Shown in pieces: positions 13,057 through 28,700 of a DNA stretch of 64,000 nt (the stretch's first letter is position 1; each line of letters opens with the position of its first letter). Origin of the DNA: Lytechinus pictus. Lineage: Eukaryota. Below the pieces are notes generated by a model. That model saw only the letters and a list, made by a program, of their open reading frames with translations, was not told the origin of the DNA and made no database searches. The DNA lies in the NCBI RefSeq assembly GCF_037042905.1, contig NC_087251.1:9674001-9738000 (forward strand). The letters are read 5' to 3'. Position numbers and translations under genes: made by a program.

Positions 13057-13676
13057 TATAGCATACTCATTTCAATATTCATATAACATCTTCTTTATTT
13101 CTTGATAATTTGGAAAAATTGTGGGAGATGGCCATCCTTTAACACTCCTGCAGCACCACAATTGCTTTTTTAAATATACCGATGAGAAGTGATTCAGTTC
13201 ATTCATATTTGGAAAATGTTAAAGCTATGAAATAAAAAAAAATTAAAGTGAGGAGGTTTCTTTTAAACCAAAATGAGTATATCAATCACAGTAAACTATT
13301 AGCCTTGTCAACCTTGGGTGGAATTAAAGTGTTGAATCGCATTTGATGTCTAGCATGAATATCGCTATTGAAATAAATTAGTCTTGCAAATGTGATCTTA
13401 TAATTTATCATTCATTTTTTCATCGAGTTCGTATCTGTGGTCATTCCTTACATATCAATTTCATGCAGGTCAACTTCAGGAATTCAGAGAACAAAACAAA
13501 AAGGCAATGCCCCCTTTTCAAGTAGAAAATAACATTGTTTAAGGAAAGAAGTTTGAAGGAAATAATTGTGCAGGTGTGTTCCTAGTTCATTGACTAATTT
13601 TTTTATGTGTGTAAATGTGACATCAGATATAAAATTTGTCAAAATAGTTTATCACAGAACCCAAAATAACCCTTAT

Positions 13677-14133
13677 GGGCAATTCCATAGGTTGGTGGAC
13701 ATGAGCTCAATGTGTCTTTGTACATATAGCCCATCTGAACAGTAACGTGAGTAACCACTTTATCTGCACCCCTAGTAAAAACCATGTGTTCTTTATTTTT
13801 TTAATTACATACAAATTTGTCTCCCTAATATACTTCTTTGAAATGGATATAATCAACTTTCATAAAAGCCTTGTATGAGGACACTTTTCACTTATGTCCA
13901 CTTTTCATTTTATGCATGTCCAAATCATGTAACATGAGTAACCGACACATTTCAAAGATTTGCCAGTAGCATAATGAAATTTCCCAAGTTTTGTTTATAT
14001 AGAAAGGATAGTCAGACTACGTACTATGTTGTGATAAAGAGATGTTTAGTTCCTATCAATAATAATGGAGTTACAGCTCCAAGTATGAGTCAAGGTGTCT
14101 CCAAATGTAACGTGGGTAACCGTGGAATAGCCC
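13677..14133. mobile_element. MITE with GGG...CCC ends and 4-bp TSD TTAT
   Basis: TTAT|GGGCAATTCCATAGGTT...AACCGTGGAATAGCCC|TTAT; termini resemble those of 37054-38526. Confidence 0.7.
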
Positions 14134-17100
14134 TTATGACATCTGAAAAAGAAATTTCGCCTATTTTCAAACTCATCCAAATTGATGTGTAACTTGATGC
14201 ATACAGAAGTTGGTTGATTATAGTGTAGGAACAGTCCTACTCCAAACCATTCAAGAGCTAGCTTTTTATTCCATTTGATTAATTAATTCCTTTCACTGTT
14301 AGTCATTCATTCATTCATTTTTTAATGGGGAGGGGTATTATTTTTGTCTAATTCTTAAAGTATTTCTATCATCTGTTTATCATTTAGCACTTGAGGGCAG
14401 TTTCATCATTGATATAATTCCAGAGGTAGACCTTAGTTTTATATTACAATTTCCTGTTAAACCTTTGACTCGTCATAGATACATGGTGTATTTTGATGAC
14501 AAAATAAAACACAAATAAAAATAAGGGTTCATTTTCATCCATATCTATGAACTATAAATGCTTAATCAAATTGCAGAATATCATTCTTATAACTTGCCAC
14601 TGATCAATAGGGTTATGAAATGAGGCCGAAATGTTTGTTTCCACATCATCTCTACCAGAAATCTCTCTACATCACTTTCTCTTAATCACTGCTAATATAA
14701 CAATAAGAATTCACACTTGATCGTAATCATTTCTTACTAAACCAGATTTTATGACTTCAGAAGATCACTTTATATGAACAACTTTCTACACAAAAATAGA
14801 ATTGTTTAACAACAGAACATTTGTACAGATTTGAAAAATAATTTCATTATAAGTTTTTTTAGCAATACAATAGAACATTGAAATAGTGACACAGTTGATA
14901 TTAAGCATGAAATTATTATTGTTATTTGATATAAAATAAACATGTGTATAACTCAGCAATTTAACAATATATGTGCTTATTCTTTTTGATGTGCTTTAAG
15001 TTTAACATGATTTATTGCTCAATAGCATACACTGAGCATATTGTCTGATATCTTTGAAGAAATAAGATGAATGCAGTAAAAGCTCACTAAAATTTGTCAA
15101 ATTAAAATGGAATATCAAGAATCCATTGATCTTCAAACTAGAGCTAAGTTTGCAAAATCAGTATTTGAATCACCTGTCAAGGCCATAATTAAATTATAAC
15201 GAGCTATATCTCATTCACTGCTGCTGGCAGATAATATACATTCACTTGAACATAATTATTGGCCTGAATTCACATAAGTATTTTTGAAAATACGGTTTAT
15301 GCATATTTCAAGCATCAAATACACTTCATTTTGCACATAGAATGAAAAAGGTTCAAGCAACAAGAGTAATATAGAGTGCAAAGTTGATACATATTAAATC
15401 AGTTGAGTTTATTCAGATGAACCCACAATTAATGATTATTTAATGAGCCCACAGATTTAGTATATCAAATTCAAATACATGTAAGCCTTGGTCTCAAATC
15501 ATAACAGCAAGCATAAATTTAGCATCTTTGAAAAAAAAGGCATGTATAAACATTTTGAGGTTTCTCAGTGAAAGTGTGAAAATGCACTTCATGCCTGTAT
15601 TTGAAATATATACTTAACCATGGTTTCAAATCTATAGTTTTTAAAACTTTGTGAATTTAGACCATTCTTATCACTATATTACAATACGATAAATCGTTAG
15701 AATCATCTTCCATATTAGCAAGGCATGAACAAGCTATATCTTTATTTGAAAAAATACTTATAGGTACATTTCATAATTTAAACTATGTGAAATTGTGCTA
15801 AGTAGAGGTAAATGGAAGCAAAAAGAATACCTACTCCACGACAACTACATGGACAAATGCTTCAAACAATAATAGACATGATTGGAATCGAATTATGGAT
15901 GGAATACAACATTCATATACAGATAGAATCAAATCAAATTGCAAACTGAATCCAATGATATATAAAACATAGATACATTTCTTTAAAATAGAGGCTATGT
16001 ACTAGCCCTGAAATAACCCTTAACAGAAGAGAGAAAATATAAAATAACATTGGCACAATGTTCAGGGGATATGTTGAATCTTTTTTCTTTCTTCAAAGCA
16101 TGAACACATACCTGGGAATTATTACTTTCTAGTACACATAATTAATTGAGTAACCATTGTAAATACCGGTAAATGTATTCAAATCTTGTATAATTCTTTT
16201 TTCTTGATCTTAGATATAAGGTTTGCTCTATAATACAATACTTAAATGGTTGTTAAGAGAAGAAACATACATAAACTTGAATATATCACCAATACTACTA
16301 TATTTCAATGAATGTCTTATTCAGCCAATAACTAAATAATTTATTCAAAAGGTAAACTGAACATATTACTTGCACCTTTCTCTCAGTCAAGGTTAAACCA
16401 AAAACTGGTCCCATTATAGACCAAAATGATAATAAAGTATGACAGAACATACTATACAGCATTCTTATTCATGAAGGTCCAAACTTGTAGGCAGAGAAAC
16501 CACATCATTTCATGATTTGTATTCCCCATGAATTATCCATGCAAGTGCATCCATCCATTAGGTCTCCACCCTTCAAAGAAATACTACAAAAACTGTATTA
16601 TATAATGAAGACAATACAGAATTCATAAAACATAACTAGACAATATGGTAAAATTCAGTCTGTATGGTCTGGGTGGAAAAAAGAGAGTTTTGGCAAATAC
16701 AACAGGCATGGATTCTGCAACGTGGTTAATCTATTGAAAATACGCGTCAAATTACAATGGACAGCTGAGAGGTTTTTGTCGAAAGTTGGTGGACTGGGAC
16801 AGCAGATTGTCCTATAAGATTCTGACCGGACGAAAAATTGCAAATATGTCCTTTGTCCAGAGTCCAGGAGACACCGCTGTTTTGATTCACCAATTATTGA
16901 CAAAGACTGCTTTGTCATGAAGGGCTTTTGACAATAGATTCCAGAAGGCGTCTGCATAGTGGTTGTGAAAACTCCCTACTATGGAACTAAAAGGGAGGGC
17001 ATAATAATCTATCCAGACCCTTTCAAGATCTTTTAATAAATAAAGAGTAAAACTGTAGACTATATATTGACTTCACTATAAGCAATGCATGAATTAAATA

Positions 17101-17844
17101 AATTAGAACACATAATAATTTTACTGCCCCATTAATTGATCTTGTGCAGATACATAAACCAATTATCTAAGTGTCAAAATTAAAAATATACTTTTTGTGC
17201 AAGATTTTGTACGATGTAATACAGCAGGAAATGGTTAATACATGTAGATGGAATCAGTAAATGGTATAATTATTCAATTTTTGGAACAGCTATAACTCTC
17301 CAAGGCAATGTGCTCAATTATTTTCTATTGACCAGAACAGATCTAATTATCATCTAACCCTCATATTAGCGATTCTTCTATCAAGACAGCTATTTCTTTC
17401 CATGACATTGTGTTGTTTGCATGAGGAGTTGTTTTATCACATGACACTAAAATGACCAATCAACCGAGTTGATCCTTTTCCAGGCAGAAATAATACACTT
17501 TTTTTAAATATATAATTGAGTGATTTACTGATATTCATGATCAACATAAAACTAACAACATATAAAAGTAATTACTAAAAACTACAATTCTTGTGCTCCA
17601 ATGATTATGATTTACCATATTCCAGCACTTACATGTAGTACTTATATTACATTATGCTTTGGTGCAGTGAATCTTTAAAATCAATGTTTTACACTTTTGA
17701 ATAAGCTGCTGTAACATACTACTCCCAATATCGTTTAAAAATAAATATTTAAAAACATATTCTTTTATAGAATGACAAATTATTAAAAATAATATAGCAG
17801 TTATGAGGCGCCGATTATCTAGTTGCCTATTCAATGGCACACAA

Positions 17845-18052
17845 TATATTACCCTGGTTTTAGCTCCAGCTGCTAAAGGCGCTTGGTGCATTCAAGGAAT
17901 AATCCTGCCGGGTACCCATTCACCTCACCTGGGTTGAGTGCAGCACAATGTGGATAAATTTCTTGCTGAAGGAAAAACGCCATGGCTTGGATTTGAACCC
18001 ACCACCTCTGGTTGAAAGACGTGAGTCGTAAACACTAGACCACGGCGCCCCC
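17845..18052 (-). mobile_element. tRNA-derived SINE
   Basis: The minus strand begins GGGGCGCCGTGGTCTAGTG (A box)...GGTTCAAATCC (B box), then a body shared with 31680-31975. Confidence 0.8.
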
Positions 18053-19547
18053 AAGAAAAACATAAAAATTCATGACATTTTAGATACTTCCAATTACAAA
18101 ATATATAAGAATATTAATCACATACATAATTATATATCATGATAAGTAATACCATACATGTTCAATGAAGCAGTACAATAAAATATAATGTGAGCAATAT
18201 TTTTAAAAGAATGTCAATCTACATTTTAGTACTATATTATTTGCTTTTAATAAGGTTTTATATTTCAAATAACATGAACATGAATAAATGTTATATAAAT
18301 TGTAAGAAAATATCAAGATAATATTTATCCATTCTCATTAATACAGTGTGGCCTTTATACTAAATATAACCAAATTACATTCTACAATGAGATTCTACAA
18401 ACAAGCGAGTGCTAGCTAGCCCCAAGTTTATATTCTTACAATTAAATACTGCATAATGACTTTAAAGGGGGAGCAAACTGACCTACAGTGCCTTCCATTG
18501 ACTGTGAGTTATCAATAACTGGTCTTAAAATATGCCTTTTGAGATAACTACAGAGAGAAACTTCACTGATAATTTTTTTTCTCAGACAAACTTAAGTGTT
18601 TTTTAGACTTTTAGAGGAAAACTACCTGTTTTGCTACTTGGTAAGATGCACAATTAGTGTAGTGAGTAGTGAATTAGTGTGTTATCATTCAAGTGTGCCT
18701 ATGTTACAAGACTATAAGAACTGCTTAGACTGTTGCATTATGGGTAATTAACCAAGCAACATGTGAGAAGTAGTTAGGAACTTGAGTTGGGGCTATTAGC
18801 CCTGCTGGTTTGTGGTCCCTTTAAAATAAATGTAACCAGTCTAATGATATAATCAAGTAAATTCAAGACTAACCTTTCACCTACACTTTGATCTTTAAGC
18901 TCATGAACTTAGTATTATCAGCCCATCAAATGAACAAAAACCAATACATTGCACATAATAATTCATGCTGAAAATGAGAATTAAATGCAGGCTGGTTAAA
19001 TACAAAAGCTATTTTCAAATACATGGGAAGGTAAATTTGGACTCATTAACATTTTTTGCAGTGTGTAATGATGATGTTTATAATTATTTACCAGCACCAC
19101 ATTATAATATTTAGTTAAAAGGCATTCATCCTTTCAGACAGGAAGAAAATAGAAAAGTGATCTAGTACTCATATATTGCGAAACAAATGATTGAAAATAT
19201 CTTGCCAAATCAACGAAAGTGAATATTGAAAAGAATGAATAATACTTAAATATCTGAATACTCTTAAGTCTGGAGTTATATTTCAGTCTACTACAGTATT
19301 TCTAGAAGTACACTAAAAGAATATTAATGTAAATGCTATCATATACATTTCCAATGTTGGAAAATGAAACTAAAGAATATTAATAAACCTCCATTAGCAA
19401 TATTACAAATCAAAGCTGAAATGCTACCTTGTTAATGCCTACCTTAGTCATAATAATGGTGGCTAAACATTTGCACTTTGTGATAAAAACAAAGTTGACA
19501 GCCTTCGTTTCAACAAGTCCAAATACTTTCTTACTTTCCCTTTTCTT

Positions 19548-19786
19548 TCATCTTTGTACGTTCCTCTCTCTTCTCTGTCTCTCTGCTTCATCCGATTTCT
19601 GTGAAACAAATCGCTCATTATCATCCCAAGGTATGGAGATCTCATAGCCAACAGGTACATTGCCCTCTTTACGTTTGCCCAGAGCGGCTAAGATGACATC
19701 CACACCAGCGTTGATAGTTGATTCCTGTTGGGATGGGGATCCTAACTGTGGATTCACTTCAACCAAGTCCATTGAGCTCAGCATAT
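19548..19786 (-). CDS. ARG: Arginase last coding exon
   Basis: DMLSSMDLVEVNPQLG...AALGKRKEGN...RNVQR*; AG acceptor at 19788-19787. Confidence 0.93.
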
Positions 19787-22700
19787 CTGAGATAATGGGA
19801 ACACATTGTCACATTATATCCAATTATTCAAGTATGTTGAAATGATAAAGCATCCAACAGATAATTCCACAGATAACTAGTGGGCAAGAGGAATGTTCAT
19901 GGGGGTGCAAAAAAAAGGGCAACAAAAACCTGAGAAGACTATTAATGTGAACAACCCAAAACATGCGAGGTAATTGGAGTCAGATGTTGGATCTTAATGC
20001 TTACCTGAGAACTCTTCAACCTTGATCCTCCTAACTGTAATTGTGCAACATTTTTTCCAACAAAGAAACATAAGGATAAGACATTTTTGGCTCTCTTACT
20101 TCTTTTGTATATCATTGGGACATTTCAATTTGATAGATTGACGTGGATACTAGAAAATAGTTACTTATCATTTTGTCAAGGATATTTATGATTTCATAAA
20201 ATTTCCTCCCCAGATATATAACAACACCATACTAATAGATTTCAGAAAAAACTTGATATCATTTGGAATGAAACGTGCTGCATTTGTATGTTTCAGTGAG
20301 TTTCATAACTGAAGTTGATAGTGGTTTCATGAGGATTCTATGGAGTAGATTCATTACCTGTCTGGGCTATTTCCTCTGCAATATATATGCCTTCTCTGTA
20401 AGTGAGTCCTCCAAGAACTAGAAAAAAAAAGAACAAGAATAATCTTGCCATTCATTGTAGTGATAACAACAGTAAAATAATAATAGTTAACACTGGTATA
20501 CAATGAACGTTTGATTTAATTTTAATGTAAAATATGTGGTTTAGTTATGGGTAGTGAAATGTAAAACAGTGGATGGGATGGGTTTAATGTATGTTGATGT
20601 TTAGTAGTTTCATGTCAGGAACTCATGTTCATACAACTATCTACTTATGTAATTCAAAATTCAAAGAATATAAATTCCAAAAAATTAAGACAATTTTGTT
20701 TTTTTAACACATTTATAATTAAAGGATATTTCCCTGAGCATCTTATAGAAAATGCTGATGTAAAATTATGACAAAAAATAGGCATAATAGGCTGAATTGT
20801 TACAGGCAGTAAAATTAACAGCGAAGACAAACAATAAGAATTGCTAAACTAAATGTGTAATGATTCCATTTTATTTTACAATACATTATCACAGGAATAT
20901 ATACATATGTGTTTAATTTGTTTGCAATTTGACAGTTCTATCTAGTTTTGTCAACACGCACTTCAACAGTATAAATACACTTGCTACAATAAACTGTGAA
21001 TAAAACCCATTAATGGGAAGATAACACCTATACCAAATACATTTCAGTACAATAGAATAAGTTTTACAGATATCCGATTGTTGGTCTAGCTAAGAAAATA
21101 TTTACTGACTTAAATAAAATCCAATGAAGAAGATATGTACATCCTCTTCATGTAGATGAAATTTTCTTAAAACAATATGCATAAAAAAATATGAATGCAG
21201 AGCTACATGTACAACTACAAAAAAATACCAGGTCAAGATTATAATGGTACATGTGAAAAGGAAAAAAAAAACTATGTCAACATACATATACAGTAGTTCC
21301 TTAGGCAATATATTTTTTCTTTTCTCTCTCTCTAGTAAGTAGGATAATATCAATAGTAACAAATAAGAATCAAGTTGAATGACAGAGAGTAATGGCATGC
21401 ATGTTGAATAGCATTCAAGGATCCTGATTCCAAATCTGAATGATGCCACTCATGCAACCTTGAGTATTTTCTGCAAATTGGCAAAATCCAATATGGCCAC
21501 CAAAATATGCAAATTCCCCATGGAAATCACAAAACTGCCCAAACATTGACTATAATATGCCTGTAATTGTGACCCAGGAGTGAAATATCTGAAAACATGA
21601 TTACAAAAAGAATAGTTATTTCCTTGATATTCAAAATGGCTGCCATAGACCCCTGTGTACTCTATGATGTACAATATGAAAGAGAAAAAATAATTTTCAC
21701 AAGAGTGAGCACTATTGCATGCAATTGTGATCTACAAGTGAGGTACTGTCTGAAAACATGATTGCTAATGAAATATATCATTACTAATGTCATGTATGTG
21801 ATAAATAATATATTTTGATATTCCAAATGGCTGGCATACATCCCTAACGATATCAACATTTTGAGTGGGAACAAATAATTTTGACAAATTTGGATTTGCT
21901 TGATACAAAATGCCTATAATTGTGATGTGAGAGTGAAATATACTGTCTGGCAAAACATGATTTCTAAGCCATTTAGGTGATAAATGCCATATTTTGACAT
22001 TCAAAATGGCTGCCGTAGGCCCTAAAAGTATCATGTACAATACAAGTGGGGAAACCACACTTTATCACAAGAGTGGGCACCATAAAATGGATGTCATTTA
22101 TCACCTACATGACACAAGAAATTACATATTTCATTAGCAATCATCATCATGTTTTAAGAAAATATTTTACTCATAGATCACAATTACATGCATTTAGTGC
22201 TCACTTTAATGAAAACTATTTTCCCCAATCATATTGTACTTATTAAAGTATACAGGGGTCTATATCAACCATTTTGAATATCAAGAAAAGATATATTTTG
22301 TCAAAAATCATGGTTTTCAGACATTATTTTACTCCCGCTTCACAATTACAGGCATATAAAGTGTTTGCAACTGTATGATTTTCATGGGTAATTTGCATAT
22401 TTTGGCGGCCATATTGGATTTTGCCAATTTGCAGAAAATGCTCAAGATGGCATCATTCAGATTTGGAATCAGCACCCTCAAATTGATAAGGAACCACAAA
22501 TAACATTGTATTCATCAGAAAACAAGGTTTGGTCCATTCTCTATGGGGCCTAGCCTGGACTAATAAGATAGATTTTGTATTCTTATACAATCATATTTTG
22601 AAATGAAGTTGTCGTAATATTTACACCTATATGGACACATAGATATCACATTGAAGAGGAAATTAAAGAATAAATTAGAAATAAACAGACAAATAAGTAG

Positions 22701-25700
22701 ATAAACAAAGGAAAGAACAAAAAAATTAAAAGCCTTAACACTGCAGTGAGCAGCAAAGAAATTTATTTCTTGTCTAATACAGAAATTTCTTGCTTCTATT
22801 CCCAGTTTGTGCAGGGAGGAGGGGGAGGGTTTAATATATATATATTTTTTTTCAAGAATTGTTAATAATGAACTATTTACCTGGTGTGCCGGTACTAGCT
22901 GATACACCCGGATCCAGAGAATCAATGTCAAAGCTCAAGTGAACTGGACGTGTTCCTCTGTAGAGAAAGAAGGTCACTGACACTTACAACAGAAACATTC
23001 CTTGGAATACCCCCTCAAACAGGATTATCAAACAATAAACTCAAACCATGTGTACATAGTCAATAATAATGTCATAAAAGGATGTGTTATCTTCGTCATT
23101 TAAGCCTTTGAATTGACCACTGACAGTCATCTATTTAACAATTTAGAATTGATTAGCTTTGATAAAAGAAAGGTAAAAACAAAACAAAGGGGTTTAAAGA
23201 AAGGGGAATAATGAAGTTGCCTCCTATACAGCCCCTCCCCCTAAAAAAATATTTTAATAAAATGCAAATCACTGCACTAATTTAAAGATAATAAGTAATT
23301 CATATGATGAATGATAGCAAAATCACATGGATATTCTATTGCATTTCAAATGTCACAAAGATTGCATCAAAATATGAATTATGTAAATGTAATTATGTAA
23401 ATGTATCTAGTTGCACTTATCCTTTTATTTTATTCATTTTCAATCATATATTAAATCTGTGCTGTTTAAATTTTGTTGCAATAAGATGATTCTATAGGAC
23501 AAGGGGCCTTTTACATAGATGATACAATAAGTTGTTCAATTAAAAATAACTGTTAAGTCTATAGATGACAAGTCATGTCCTAAAAGTTACAATTTTAAAT
23601 ATCAAGCATATCAAGCACATTATCTCCTGCCTGCTAACTTACAAAATAAAGATTTGTAAAAAAAAAAATCTTATAATACACTATTTATACATCCCTATTT
23701 TCTTACCTTGGATTTATCATATCCATAGCTCTTGCAAAGACCTCAGCCACGCCATACTTCTGAACATCATGAATAGAAAATATCTGGATTCCATGCTTCT
23801 CTAAAATATGTCTAGATTCAAGAATTAAAGAGAGAATATATTTGTAAATGATAAACCCCTCTAAAATTTGCATTGACTTCAGGAGTAATAAATGAAGTCT
23901 AATATGAAAGATTATGAAAAATTATTTCAGATTTTAATTCAATCAAACATAAAAATTTAGTAGATTCATTGCATAGACTTAATGATGCAGGTATTGTATG
24001 CTTGGAAAGTCAAAAGTCAGTCAGATCTTTCTCAAAAAGCCCCTCTCCCCTTCATGAAACAGCCCTTGTCACTCACCTCTCTCCTACATCCACATCCCGG
24101 AGTCCAATATAGGCGATATCTTTACATGAGATACAAGAATCTAACCAATCAAAGTTTGGAAGTTTAGGCAAGTAATGACGCAGTTCATGACAAACAAATG
24201 AAAGCACCATGCCGTGGAGGTGGCCGGACGGAGAGGTCTGAGGTACGTTGATGTCGGCATGTGCGTCGACCCACAGGACGCACAGGTCCGGTCTTGATCG
24301 GGTGTGTCCGTGGAGGGAACCGATGGTGATGCCGTGGTCTCCACCGAGAGTTACACAAAGCTGGTCCTGTTTCGTAATGTCTTCTACTCCTTTTGATATC
24401 TGCAATGTATGGAGACGTCGATATAATTGGTTCGTTCAGCATTTTTTACAACTATTAGAATGCTCTGTTTCAGGAATCTGTGGCTCCTACATGTACATTA
24501 TATTCCCTACCTCTCAAAAATATTACATTATTGTAATATAAATTCTGCCAAGTACTACCATAATGAAATTTATATTACAGTACTAGCAAATATGAATACA
24601 GCATGATAATAGAAAAGATTGTGGGGATCAGTCTAATATATAGAAAGTATGTAAGTATTTCTTTATGTCTCATACAGAAGAGGAGTGAAAAAACAAGTGT
24701 AAACAAGGTAAAAAGATATCTAAAAATGGTAGAGAGGTAATCTTGGGTTGTACCTTTTTAAGTGCTTTACCAAGGAATGGTGCATTTTTGACATGATTGA
24801 CAGTAGCCGTCTCCTCATCCTGAGCGGGGAAGACAAGATCTCCATGATCAATTACTCTATGACCTGAATAATGTAAAAGATTGATTTAATTCAATAGTTT
24901 GACCAGTCTCCTGCCTCTAAATATTGATATCTATGATTGACCTACTGCATAGAGTACCAAAATAGGTAAATAAAGTTGCAGATAATCTACATACAAGATC
25001 AACATATTCAAAAGTGTAATATTTTAACCAGGTTTTGACAGCATTAAATTTTCAATGTTTTGCTGTTAAGCAACAAATTATGTAGACAACCATATGGTAA
25101 TGGAGTATCCTTTTTGCAGGACCAATGGGGTATGAATAAAAAAGGCAGAAAATTCATATCAACAAGTAAAGAGCCTCTGGCAGTCTTGCCTGCATTACGC
25201 AATTCACTATAGCAGCCGTACTGACTTTGAAAATGACAATAGAATAATTATTCACAAATAACACCAATCATATGATAATAAATTACTATGTTCATTGACC
25301 CTAAATGACACTTGACCTTGATCATATGACCTAAGACTTGTGCAAGACTTGTGCAAGATGATAAGTGATACTTGATTACCCCTATGTCCACATTTCATGA
25401 AGTGTATCCATAGACTTTTAAAGTTATGATGGCAATTAAAAAAATACCCCAATTTAGCCAAAGTTCACTGACCTCAAATGACCTTTGACCTTGGTTATGT
25501 GACCTGAAACTCAGGCATGATCTTAGTAATACTTTATTACCCTTATGTCCAAGTTTCATGAACTAGGTCCATATACTTTTTAAGTTATGATGACATTTCA
25601 AAAACTTAACCCTTCGGTTAAGATTTCAATGTTGACGCAGCTGTCGCCGCCGTCCGAAAAGTATCTCTGCTTTGAAGGCGAGACAAAAATAGAAGAGTGA

Positions 25701-28700
25701 TAGTTGGGAGGTGTGTCTAGATCTCCTTTGCATCGTACATGAATAGGTCAAGAAATGCTTGCTCTACTTTAGGAACAGTACTTTAGGGACCTAAGTTCTA
25801 CTTTCTAGAGCTACTGTAAAAGGTCTGTGAGAATATTTTATTTCCTTATATCAAACGAACAAGCAAAGAGAAATGAATCAACTATGAATTGTATGCTTAG
25901 CAAACTGACAGTTCATATTTTTGTATTATACACGTATCTTATTCAGAACTTATAGGTAATATTCAAAATTAAGTAATATTTACATGTCACAATATGACAG
26001 TTGCCAATGTTTGCATTGGTCTTGGCTTTGTTTAAACAACTTATTTTTTTTCAAGTAAAATATTACAATGAACTTTGGTCCAATATCTTTGAGGAATGGA
26101 TGCTTTGATGAAATATCACATGGTCCTAGTCTCATATCACATGGTCTTCCATACACAGAAGCTCAACAAACAATTTATATGTATCAATTATAAAAATTGC
26201 CTTCGATAAAATCCAATGAAACAATATATCCCAGGCCATTTTCCCTTGAGTTTGTATCTTACCTCTATTTTACACTTTTACATGTAGGTACATGTACAGT
26301 GTCAATCACAAAGAAAAATACACAAACATTTTATTTCGAGAAAAAAAAAGTATGACCCAGCTTTTAAGGTAACCTGGCAACCCTAGACAAAAAGCCATAT
26401 TCTCCAGTAATCTTCTTCTTCATGAGAATATAAAGAAATCCCTACCCAATTTATGGATAAACATTCATTCCATCTGTGAACAACCTAAAAATGAGTTTGA
26501 ATGGGATCCAATGAAACCATCCCAAAATGAGGAATTGGCAGAATGAGCACAGAAATACTGGAGAGTGACAGGTTTTTTTACTCTTTATCCAAGTAAGAAG
26601 AACAAACATTCTCTGATGTGCTTATCTGTGTTGACAATGTCTTGCTTGCATTAGCTTTTCAGCTTTAGATTTCATTATTTCACATTGTTACATGTAGTTT
26701 TTCGTAAACTTATGAGACCTCAATCTACGACTTCCAATATTAGAATTTAAATATCTTACCAAGCTCTTCAATGGATGATATCAGTCCAGCATCTCTTAAA
26801 ACTGTTGGCCCATATACCACACCATCTTTGTCCTAGATTACAAAGAAATAATTAAGAAAACAAAGAGTCTGTATGAATTATTATCTTTATACTCCAATAA
26901 CAGTGGGTACATACAGTATATGAAGTGCCATAGGGGGAGTCAAAACTTCTCCAATTTTTTTAAGGTTTTGGTATTTCATTATTTTATTTCTGTTAACATA
27001 GTAGAACCCAACATTCTGAATATGCATATTAAAAAAAGACTGCTTATCAACTCATCATATTCACATCTCAACTTCAGCTAAATAGACCGGGGGCTGGGAG
27101 AGTTTATTCAGCTGATCAGGTACATATGGTTTTATGGTCCCATCGTGTTGGCATGATATCAGTGGTCAAGAAAATGTGTTGCTGCCGGGTCATATCCTGT
27201 ACGGAAGGCCCAGAGGACCCCATTTTTGTTGGCCATCTTGGATTTTTCATGAAAATCAATTATTTTCATATTTTTGCACAGATGATTGGAAAATGTTAAA
27301 TAAATACGCATTTCACAATGATTTAGATAGTAGAAATCGATTGCAATTGTTTTCTGGACAGTCCAGTTAATATTTTTGGAAAATATATGAGAATTTAAGC
27401 CAAAATTTCCATGTTTTGGGTCAAAAATGTGCATGTGCATTGATATTTTTCTGTTTTGTCATTAATATCAACAAGTAATGCAAAATATCAGTATTCAACA
27501 CGAAAGAGGATATACAAGAACATTGATATGCTCCATGACAGTATTAATGTCTTAACTTGCTTAGATAAAGGGAAAATACCTCCAGATGTATTCCCCGATA
27601 TTGCGATAAAATGACACCAAAAGTAACCTCCATCACCTATTCACACTAGTGATACCGACTACAATGCGCTCGCTGGCATGCCTTTCAAAAGAGCACAATA
27701 GACTCAGTCGGTCTTGCTTCGCCTTTGTTGATGTGACTAGCACGCATGAATGCATGTAATGAGCGTAGTACGGTAATAGAAAATTGTATATTTCATAATA
27801 TGTGTAATAGGGCAAAAGGCGTTTTCTACATATTAAAGCAACTTTTATGTTAATGAAACCTCTTGGAAAAGTTATGGGAGGCATTGCTCTGCATGTCGCA
27901 AGCAATTACGTTAGGGCACCTTAAAGCATAGTCCCACAAGAGCCTGTCGAAGGTACCCCACCTTTATCCGTAGCTTGACTATCAAAATATCTTTCTTTTG
28001 AAGCCCTCAATGTGGCAAAATGATGTTTCGGCTAGGTAGAAAAACAACTTTAAAAACAACTTGAAATCGCTTGGAGACGAAAGAGTGGGTTTTTCTCTAT
28101 ATAAGCTTAATATAAGGAAGTTAGGGCACAGCAAACCCTACCCACTAAGGGGGCTGCCCCAAGTCACCAAGCCCCTTTTGAAGAGGGTAGGCGTCAAAGT
28201 GCCAGCACTTCTTTATTATAAAGAGCCTACTCTTTCATCCCCAGGCCCAGGGGAGTTCATTAAATAAAAGTGGTTTTACTTCATAGCAGAAATATCTTTT
28301 TGCATCAATGGGGACTAAACACTGCAAATTTTCCAATAAAGAGGAAAATAGGCAAAAAGGTGGGGCGACTTCAGCAGCCCCTGAATTGAGTAGCGTCGAT
28401 GTGCCAGCACTTTTTTGCATATAGCTGATAAAAGAAAGCATTTTCTTTCATCTTTTAGTGGTTTCAAAAAATGAAATTGGCTTCACTATATAGCAGGAAT
28501 GCTCTTATGCCTGAACGAGGGGGTCAAAAACTGTGAAATATTCAATAAAGTGGGGAAATAGGCAAAAGGGTGGGGAGAATTTGGCAGCCTCTGACGGGGG
28601 TAGGCTTCGGCGGGCGAGCACGTATTCAAATGAAGCTGATAGAGAAAATCCTACCTTTTTGTCTCCCAGGAGTTATAAAACAATAAAAGTGACTTTTCTG

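Noticed and set aside
16655..16957. 100-aa minus-strand ORF downstream of arginase
   Set aside because: No recognisable motif or convincing splice partners; probably 3' UTR or intergenic.
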